Assembly (NCBI GenBank): GCA_964348415.1
Contig: CAYGCR010000001.1
Span: 10,639-74,638, forward strand
Origin: an uncultured Ignavibacteria bacterium
GTDB taxonomy: Bacteria > Zixibacteria > MSB-5A5 > SM1-73
Direction of reading: 5' to 3'
DNA length: 64,000 bases
The position numbers were made by a program, and so were the translations under genes. A model generated the notes under the pieces. That model had not been told where the DNA came from. It worked only from the letters and a program-made list of their open reading frames with translations, and did not search any database. Of the stretch, positions 57,452-64,000 are shown piece by piece; positions within the stretch are counted from its first letter, which is position 1; each line of letters begins with the position of its first letter.

Positions 57452-58480
57452 ATGGGCTTTCTTGATTTTATTTCCAACGACATAGGCATTGACCTGGGGA
57501 CGGCCAATACGCTGGTCTACCTGCGCGGGCAAGGTATAGTGTTGAACGAGCCTTCGGTAGTGGCGATTGAAGTATCGTCCAAGAAGATATTGGCGGTTGG
57601 AGCCAAGGCCAAAGACATGGTGGGCAGGACCCCGGGAGAGATCATGGCTATCAGACCATTGAAAGATGGAGTGATCGCCGATTTCGAGATAACCGAAACG
57701 CTTCTTTCTGATTTCATTCGCCAGGTGGTGAGGCATCGATACTTTATGAAACCCCGCATCGTCATCTCCGTCCCTTCGGGAATAACCGAGGTGGAGAAAA
57801 GAGCCGTCCGGGACTCAGCGGAAAACGCCGGAGCAAGGGAGGTCTTCTTGATCCAGGAGCCCATGGCTGCTGCCATCGGAGTGGGTTTGCCAGTCCATCT
57901 TCCTTCGGGAAGTATGGTCATAGATATCGGAGGTGGAACCTCCGAGATTGCGGTAATCGCTCTGGACGGCATCGTCAATAACATCTCCATCCGCATCGGA
58001 GGGGATGAGATGGACGAAGCCATAATGCTCTACCTGAAGAAGAATTACAATCTCTTAATTGGCGAAAGGACCGCCGAGGAGATCAAAATGGCCATCGGCT
58101 CTGCCTATCCCCCGGAGGAGGAGGAGAGCATGGAGATAAAGGGCAGGGATCTGGTGGCAGGAATTCCCAAAACCATGAAGCTAAGCTCAGTGCAGGTAAG
58201 AGAGGCTCTAAGCGAGCCGCTGGACGCTATCATCGAAGCCGTGAGACAGGCTTTGGAGGAGACTCCTCCGGAACTTTCCGCCGACATCCTGGACAAGGGG
58301 ATAGTAGTTACCGGAGGAGGCGCCCTGCTCAAAGGACTGGACAACAGGCTAAGAGAAGAGACCAACCTTCCCATAAACATAGCCGACGACCCGCTGAGAT
58401 GTGTAGCAACAGGGGCTGGCATCGTGCTGGAAAAAATGAACGAGTTCTCGAAAGTTCTTATTAAGAGCAGAAGGGATTAG
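57452..58480 (+). CDS. mreB: Rod shape-determining actin-like protein MreB
   Basis: IGIDLGTANT, RPLKDGVIADF, EPMAAAIG, DIGGGTSE, TGGGALL; SD GGAGG before ATG 57452. Confidence 0.97.
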   Translation: MGFLDFISNDIGIDLGTANTLVYLRGQGIVLNEPSVVAIEVSSKKILAVGAKAKDMVGRTPGEIMAIRPLKDGVIADFEITETLLSDFIRQVVRHRYFMKPRIVISVPSGITEVEKRAVRDSAENAGAREVFLIQEPMAAAIGVGLPVHLPSGSMVIDIGGGTSEIAVIALDGIVNNISIRIGGDEMDEAIMLYLKKNYNLLIGERTAEEIKMAIGSAYPPEEEESMEIKGRDLVAGIPKTMKLSSVQVREALSEPLDAIIEAVRQALEETPPELSADILDKGIVVTGGGALLKGLDNRLREETNLPINIADDPLRCVATGAGIVLEKMNEFSKVLIKSRRD

Positions 58481-58535
58481 GGAAGAACGCAAGATTGGGA
58501 TTCGTAAGGCCAAAAGACGCCAAAGCGATTCGCAA

Positions 58536-58569
58536 CCAGCACCCGACCTAAGTCAGGTGCTGGTTTTTT
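58536..58569 (+). terminator. Hairpin + T-run after mreB (family B palindrome)
   Basis: CCAGCACCCGAC-CTAA-GTCAGGTGCTGG followed by TTTTTT. Confidence 0.7.
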
Positions 58570-58746
58570 GCAAATGAGAAAAGCACACGTCATCGTATCT
58601 TGTCCTTACGTTTGTCCTCCCCTTCCCGTTAAATGAAAGGAGGGTGACAGGTACTTACATAGATCGAATTGGTGCGGATGCTGCTGCCGGAGGAAAAATC
58701 TTCCGCGAAGAATTAAACCCCTTTAAGCCCTCGTGTGTCCGTTTAA

Positions 58747-59307
58747 GTGAAAGAAAAAGAGATGAAGGACGAGAAAGATTCGAGCCTGGTTCGGAGGTTC
58801 AGGGAAGGTGATGAAAAGGCTTTCAACCAGCTGGTTGTGCGCTATCAGAGAAGAATCTACGGCTTGATATACAGGATGGTGAGGAATCAACAGGATGCGG
58901 CCGATCTATCCACGGAGGTTTTTGTGAGGGCTTACAGGAGCTTGAAGAGTTTCGAGGAAAGATCGAGCTTTTACGTCTGGCTGGCGAAAATAGCGGTGAA
59001 CTTGTGCATCAATTTCACCAGAAGAGAGAAATTCAGGTCGTTTCTCTCCATTCTTGATTTGTCAGATAAGCTATCGGTCTCCGGTTCAGCCGCAGATAAA
59101 GTCGAGAAGGAGGAGTTGAAGCTTGCCATTAACCGGGCTATCAAGAATCTACCTCCCAGGCAAAGGAGCAGTTTCATTCTGAAGTACTATGAGGGGTTAA
59201 CCCATCAGCAGATCGCTGAGATTTTGGGGATAACGGAGGGGGCGGCAAAAGCTAATTATTTCCAGGCAATTCAGAAGCTAAAGAAGCTTCTGGCTGATTT
59301 TCGCTGA
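58747..59307 (+). CDS. ECF sigma factor
   Basis: AFNQLVVRYQ, DAADLSTEVFVRAY, LPPRQR, GLTHQQIAEILG. Confidence 0.93.
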   Translation: MKEKEMKDEKDSSLVRRFREGDEKAFNQLVVRYQRRIYGLIYRMVRNQQDAADLSTEVFVRAYRSLKSFEERSSFYVWLAKIAVNLCINFTRREKFRSFLSILDLSDKLSVSGSAADKVEKEELKLAINRAIKNLPPRQRSSFILKYYEGLTHQQIAEILGITEGAAKANYFQAIQKLKKLLADFR

Positions 59308-59324
59308 AAGGTCGTGAGGGACAT

Positions 59325-59960
59325 ATGAGATGCAAAGAGATTGAGAGTCTTCTACCTGGGTATCATGAAAGTTCTCTTGACCCAAAAGATGGTGAGAAGG
59401 TCCAGCGGCATCTGGCGGAATGCGCGGATTGCCGACTGAGGCTGCAGGAGATTCGGAATACCCTGCAACTGCTTTCGAAAGACGGCATTCCAGAACCGGA
59501 GGAGAGCTTCTGGACGAACTTCCTACCCCGGGTAAGGTCAGGGATTGAGTCTCAAGAGAAGCCAGGATTTACCATTTTCCCGAAACCCCGATTAGTGTTC
59601 GGTCTTCTCTCCGCTGTCGTGGTAGTGGCACTGAGCTTCTTCCTGTTCAGCGCGGATAAGAAAAAGATGGTGGAAGTGCCGACAAACTTGTCCTCGGAAA
59701 GCATTCTGCCGGAATACGAGCTTTCTGCATACACGGATCAACTGGCGGAGATTCTCTCGTCGCAGGACGGTGAATCCCTTGCCATAGAGGTGTTCTTGTC
59801 CAGCAGTGGAGAGGAGGAGTTGGAATCGACCGAGAGAATTTTAGAAGAGGATTACCTAAGCCAGAGAAGCTTAAGCTCTATCCTGAGAGAATTAAGCGAC
59901 GAGGAGTTAAGGCAGATCGAAAAGAGCATCAAAGCTCTCCAGGTGAGGGATCTCCTATAA
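59325..59960 (+). CDS. Zinc-binding anti-sigma factor (ZAS) with one TM helix
   Basis: C.EIESLL..YH and HLAECADC (HxxxCxxC), central TM segment, acidic C-terminal domain. Confidence 0.85.
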   Translation: MRCKEIESLLPGYHESSLDPKDGEKVQRHLAECADCRLRLQEIRNTLQLLSKDGIPEPEESFWTNFLPRVRSGIESQEKPGFTIFPKPRLVFGLLSAVVVVALSFFLFSADKKKMVEVPTNLSSESILPEYELSAYTDQLAEILSSQDGESLAIEVFLSSSGEEELESTERILEEDYLSQRSLSSILRELSDEELRQIEKSIKALQVRDLL

Positions 59961-60024
59961 ATGCTAAAAATGACCTTTGGCTGTTGGGACAGACCGAAAG
60001 GTATTCACCTGAAGACAGGAGGCG

Positions 60025-60549
60025 GTGATAATGACAGAGTTCAAGAGAACGGTGATTCTGGTCTTATTAAGTGTGGCTCTTTTACTTCCCGGAGAGATTC
60101 TGGCACAAAGATCTCTTCCTCGTCACGGTGATCTGCCCGAGCGAACAGAGGAGAGAGAGAGAATCAGGGAAAACATCGAGACGCTGCGCATGTGGAAGCT
60201 TCTGGAGGCCCTGGACCTTTCCTCGGAGCAGTCCACGCAATTTCTGCCGGTTCTGAAGGATCTTCAGGATGCCAGGAAGAGATTCGAAGAGAGGAGAAGG
60301 GAGCATCTATCGGAGTTGGAGGTGGCCTTGCAGTCAGAAGAGAAAGACGAGAAAAAGCTTAAAGAAGCTCTGAGCGGTCTGGAGAGTGCCAGAAGACAGT
60401 TTCAGGCCGACCTCGAGAAGTTTCAAGAGAGATCCAAGGAAATGCTGACTCTAGAACAGCGAGCTAGAATGCATCTTTTCGAGGAGAGGTTTGAAAGAAG
60501 GCTGAAAGACACGATTCACCGGATGAGAGAGAAAGGTCCGCGCTGGTAA
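60025..60549 (+). CDS. Periplasmic Spy/CpxP-like helical protein
   Basis: Signal peptide, LDLSSEQ and LTLEQ motifs, charged helices. Confidence 0.7.
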   Translation: MIMTEFKRTVILVLLSVALLLPGEILAQRSLPRHGDLPERTEERERIRENIETLRMWKLLEALDLSSEQSTQFLPVLKDLQDARKRFEERRREHLSELEVALQSEEKDEKKLKEALSGLESARRQFQADLEKFQERSKEMLTLEQRARMHLFEERFERRLKDTIHRMREKGPRW

Positions 60550-60630
60550 GCTTTGGAACGTAGGGAATGGAGATTTGAAATTACAATTCAGCTAAGTAGA
60601 ATCCTTAGCATTGGAAGGAGGTCACCGGCC

Positions 60631-61113
60631 ATGAATAAGAGAACTTACCTCTTGGCGATCGCCGCAATCGGGACTTTGGTTTTGACCTTTTCCTTGGCTT
60701 ATGCTCAGCCACCTGGTCGCGGTCCCATGAAGGCGGCAGAGGAATTGAACTTGACCGCCGATCAGATTGAGAGCATCAAGGAGATCCGGTACGACTTCGA
60801 GAAAGCCCAGATCGGGCTGAGGGCGGATTTGAAAACGTCCCGCCTGGAGCTTCGGCATCTGATGATGCAAAAGCAGCCAGACAGGAAAGAAATCGCCAAG
60901 CTGGTTGACAGGATAGCCGACACGCAAAAGCAGCTTCTCAAAAACAACGTGGACAGAAAGCTGTCTATGAAAGAGGTCTTGACTCAAGAACAGTTTGAGA
61001 ATTTCATGAAGATGAGAGGCGAGCGGGGAAAAAGAATGATGAAAAAGGCAAGAGGAGAACGCCAGCATCATTCTCGCCGTTTCTGCCCGCATAGGGAGGG
61101 CCGTGGGTTCTGA
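60631..61113 (+). CDS. Spy/CpxP family protein (LTXXQ motifs)
   Basis: Signal peptide, LNLTADQ and VLTQEQ; SD GGAGG before ATG 60631. Confidence 0.8.
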   Translation: MNKRTYLLAIAAIGTLVLTFSLAYAQPPGRGPMKAAEELNLTADQIESIKEIRYDFEKAQIGLRADLKTSRLELRHLMMQKQPDRKEIAKLVDRIADTQKQLLKNNVDRKLSMKEVLTQEQFENFMKMRGERGKRMMKKARGERQHHSRRFCPHREGRGF

Positions 61114-61146
61114 GAGGCGATCTAAACTGGTCTCGAACGAAACCTA

Positions 61147-61178
61147 AGCCTGGAGTGAGCATAACTCCGGGCTTTTTC
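61147..61178 (+). terminator. Intrinsic terminator
   Basis: AGCCTGGAGT...ACTCCGGGCT followed by TTTT. Confidence 0.7.
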
Positions 61179-61180
61179 GT

Positions 61181-61209
61181 TTGACAAGTTTTCCGCATTG
61201 TGATATCAT
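61181..61209 (+). promoter_or_regulatory. Sigma70-type promoter, probable leaderless transcript
   Basis: TTGACA-N17-TATCAT ending 6 nt before ATG 61216; no SD. Confidence 0.65.
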
Positions 61210-61215
61210 TCGATC

Positions 61216-63069
61216 ATGTCAAAGGTAGTGAACAGAAGGGCCGGGACACCCGCCGGCTTCATGCTTCTGGCGTTTGTCCTAGTGTGGCAATTGGGAGTGA
61301 ACCCGTTATCAGACCAACTCAGCGCAGAACAGAGCTTTGAAGCTTACGTGGAAGCGCTACAAGAGGGACGCCAGGAGGAGGCAAAGGATTTCTGGAATAA
61401 GGAGGAGACGCAAAGACATAAGACCTATGATTGGCAGTGGGCATATTTGATTTACAGAATGCTCGACCCACGTCATCTGAATTACAGGATAACAAGAACA
61501 GAGGCGACGGAAGACTACGTCGTTTTGGAGGTGGAATGGTACTATCGGGAAGGCAAGGCCGGGCCCATCCAAGAAGACGTCAGGTACTTCGTCAGGCAAG
61601 AAGGCAAGATGGTGGGGGCAAATCCCATTTTTGTGTACACGCGAGATTGGCTGCAACAGGAATCGAAGCACTTCGTTTACCATTACAAGCAAGAGGAGGA
61701 CAGGCCCGTTGGCGCGCTGCTTGAGGAAATGGACCAGTTCTACGAGAAAACGGTTGACCTTCTGGGGGTATCTTACCAGGACAAAATCGATTATTTCACG
61801 AGCGATTCGATTGAAGAAGTCGGTCGGCTCTTCGGAATGGAGCCTTCCCTGGCCCGCAGCCAGCCCATCAACGGAGTGGTGGCGTCTATCCAGAGATTCG
61901 TCCCGCACGAGGTGGTTCACATAATCTCCCACCGGCTCCTTCCTACGGACGAAAAGACTGTCCCGCCTGAGTATCTGAGCGAAGGGCTGGCTTATTATCT
62001 GGGAGGCGCGTCCTTTTTTTCCCCCGAACTTTTGCTGTCCTGGGCAAAGAAGAAGTTGGAAGCCGATGGAAATGTCTCTCTCGACTCGTTGATGCTCAAT
62101 CCGTGGAGATTCGGAAAAAACGAGGGTGCCGGCCTTGCTGCATCTTTCGCCAAATTCCTGATGGAGACTAAAGGCAGTTGGGGGTTCAAGCAGTTGTTAG
62201 CGAGCGGCGCAAGGTATGGGGAACAAAGGCAGGCACTGGAGGAACTATACGGCCGAACCGTGAATGAGTTGCAGGCAGAATGGAAAGAATTCGTGATGAG
62301 TCTACCACTGCCTGGAGTAGAGATCGTGGACTTTCCTCCGGCAAAAGAGACTTTTTACATGGAAGATCCTGCGGGCGACGACAAAGGGGACGGAGATTAC
62401 CTCTATCCAAAGAACGAAAGGGCGCTTCCCGCCCTTTTCGACCTGATCGGTTTTGAAGTTAGCTCAGATGATGCACTGATATATTTCCGGCTCCGATTTG
62501 GCAATTTGAACGACGAAAAAATATCCTCAGATGAAGCATTTAACGGAACATTTGCAGTTGTGGCCATAGATCAGGATGACAGGAAAAGTAGCGGCAACAC
62601 CAAGCTTTTCTTCGAGAATGGAAACGTGGGGTTTTCCGCGAGCGATGCGTACGAATTCGTCATCGAGATGAGCAACGCAGGAGTTTTGGTATACGACCAA
62701 GATTGGGTATGGCATCTTCTGTTTCTGGAAGCTTCCTCACAGAAGAATCACCTAAGGGGTAATGAAATCTCTTTCGCCATTCCTCAGGAAATCGTCGGCG
62801 CGCCCAACTCAGACTGGAAGTACCAGGTTCTCACCGGGGGACAGAAGGGTGGGCATAAGGACGCGGCATATGGGGTGGGCAAGTTCATGAAGGTTGGCCA
62901 GCAGCCAACACAGCAGCAAGGCGGGGGAGGTACGGACACCGATTTCAGCCCCGACATCTACGATATTCTCAACCTTCAGGGCACAAATCAAGTGGAGATT
63001 CTGAGCAGCTACGACGTGACGAAAAAGAAGAAAGCGATTGTGCCCCTGACCAAGCTGCAGCGAAAATAG
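61216..63069 (+). CDS. Exported gluzincin-like metallopeptidase domain fused to a glucodextranase-type DOMON-like domain
   Basis: HEVVH ... YLSEGLA; C-terminal DPAGDDKGDGDYLYP...FDL, GGQKGG, DIYDIL. Confidence 0.7.
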   Translation: MSKVVNRRAGTPAGFMLLAFVLVWQLGVNPLSDQLSAEQSFEAYVEALQEGRQEEAKDFWNKEETQRHKTYDWQWAYLIYRMLDPRHLNYRITRTEATEDYVVLEVEWYYREGKAGPIQEDVRYFVRQEGKMVGANPIFVYTRDWLQQESKHFVYHYKQEEDRPVGALLEEMDQFYEKTVDLLGVSYQDKIDYFTSDSIEEVGRLFGMEPSLARSQPINGVVASIQRFVPHEVVHIISHRLLPTDEKTVPPEYLSEGLAYYLGGASFFSPELLLSWAKKKLEADGNVSLDSLMLNPWRFGKNEGAGLAASFAKFLMETKGSWGFKQLLASGARYGEQRQALEELYGRTVNELQAEWKEFVMSLPLPGVEIVDFPPAKETFYMEDPAGDDKGDGDYLYPKNERALPALFDLIGFEVSSDDALIYFRLRFGNLNDEKISSDEAFNGTFAVVAIDQDDRKSSGNTKLFFENGNVGFSASDAYEFVIEMSNAGVLVYDQDWVWHLLFLEASSQKNHLRGNEISFAIPQEIVGAPNSDWKYQVLTGGQKGGHKDAAYGVGKFMKVGQQPTQQQGGGGTDTDFSPDIYDILNLQGTNQVEILSSYDVTKKKKAIVPLTKLQRK

Positions 63070-63177
63070 AGGTAATCATTCCGTATCAATCAATAGTCAG
63101 TGCGATGACAGATAAGGGCACAGGAAGCGACTGAAAAAGGTTGGCTCGCTTCCGAGGGCAATTCAAGTCCTATTCCT

Positions 63178-64000
63178 ATGAACAAAGATCGAGAGCAAAT
63201 TCTTGAGTTTCTTTCCAGCGCGGGGCATAGACCTCTTAAGTTGCGGGAGTTGGCCAAGAAGATGGAAGTCCCCGAAGAGAGATACGGTAGCTTCAGAAGG
63301 ACCATCAGGGAGATGCTCCGGGATGGTTTGCTGGTCAAGGTGAAGAGGGGCAGGATTGGCCTGCCCGATAAAGCCAATCTGGTGGTGGGAAGGTTGGTTT
63401 CCGGCAAAGGCGGTTATGGGTTCGTTGTTTCCGAAGACAAAAACGAGGACGTTTACATCCGTTCAGAGAATATGGGCTACGCTCTGCACGGTGACAAGGT
63501 GGTGGCTCGCCTACTTGGCAGGAGAAGAGGACCCGCGCGTGAAGGGACCATCACAAAGATTTTGCAGAGAGCTAAGGCAAGCCTCGTAGGAACCTACCGC
63601 AAAGGCAGATTCTCCGATTACGTTGAGCCAGACGATCAAAGGATCTCCAGAGATATTTACATTGCCCCGGAAAATTCGCTGGGGGCGCTCGACAGGCAGA
63701 AAGTACTGGTGTCGCTCCTGGATTGGGAAGATGTTCAAATGGGTCCGGAAGGGAAGGTTGTCGAGGTCTTGGGCTACCCGGATGAGCCCGGAATGGATAT
63801 TCTGTCTCTGATCAAGGAATTTGGTCTCCCTTTGAGCTTTCCGGATGAGGTCCAGCAGGAGTTGGCTGACATTCCCGAAACGTTGGCAGGAAAGGAGCTT
63901 CGGAGACGACTGGATCTTCGCAACAAGAACTGTTTTACCATCGATCCGGTAGACGCCAAAGATCATGATGATGCAGTCTCTCTGGAAATCAAACCTAACG
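63178..64000 (+). CDS. rnr: Ribonuclease R (5' part, runs off the window)
   Basis: N-terminal wHTH, GKGGYGFV, DVYI..ENMG.ALHGDKV, RRRLDLR...CFTIDP.DAKDHDDAVS. Confidence 0.93.
   Translation, partial: MNKDREQILEFLSSAGHRPLKLRELAKKMEVPEERYGSFRRTIREMLRDGLLVKVKRGRIGLPDKANLVVGRLVSGKGGYGFVVSEDKNEDVYIRSENMGYALHGDKVVARLLGRRRGPAREGTITKILQRAKASLVGTYRKGRFSDYVEPDDQRISRDIYIAPENSLGALDRQKVLVSLLDWEDVQMGPEGKVVEVLGYPDEPGMDILSLIKEFGLPLSFPDEVQQELADIPETLAGKELRRRLDLRNKNCFTIDPVDAKDHDDAVSLEIKPN

Noticed and set aside
482-63966. Numerous opposite-strand and alternate-frame ORFs in the track (e.g. 3672-4313, 8474-9391, 21105-21782, 37508-38494, 49515-50444)
   Set aside because: They overlap well-supported genes and show no family motifs; they are shadow ORFs.
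1-64000. CRISPR array, rRNA, intact IS element or prophage
   Set aside because: No regularly spaced repeat-spacer series, rRNA signature, transposase or phage structural gene was seen.

Overview
A 64 kb bacterial chromosomal window from a diderm organism (lptF/lptG, lgt, Tat and c-type cytochromes), probably anaerobic; the lineage cannot be fixed from sequence alone. 1-2.1 kb: cysS, tRNA-Arg(TCG), tRNA-Glu(TTC) and a probable 6S RNA. 2.3-11 kb: an orphan LivK-type binding lipoprotein, then a respiratory operon with two pentaheme cytochromes, a Tat-exported molybdopterin-oxidoreductase-fold subunit, an NrfC-type Fe-S subunit, an ActC/NrfD-type membrane subunit and a four-repeat cytochrome c (Qrc/alternative complex III-like). 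11-20 kb is an accessory, rearranged zone: a junction of two truncated genes, a wHTH regulator pair, an M16 peptidase pair, a decayed copy of the tRNA-Glu 3' end, an AT-rich beta-propeller/NlpC-P60 pair and a stand-alone 58-aa bacterial histone-fold gene. 20-25 kb: an ABC-2 permease/M1 aminopeptidase fusion with its ATPase. 25-34 kb: comF, lgt, rodA, mrdA, mreD, mreC, PTS IIA, Trm112-like and accA. 34-51 kb: a glycosylation locus rich in polyprenyl-phosphate GT2 and GT-C enzymes, plus a WbpB/D/E-like trio. 51-64 kb: beta-CASP nuclease, DUF355, lptGF, yhaM-like, a displaced mreB, an ECF sigma/anti-sigma/2x Spy-CpxP module, a gluzincin-DOMON fusion and the start of rnr. Several REP-like palindrome families are present. 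I found no CRISPR array, rRNA, intact transposase or integrase. All family calls come from motif recognition by eye, not database searches.
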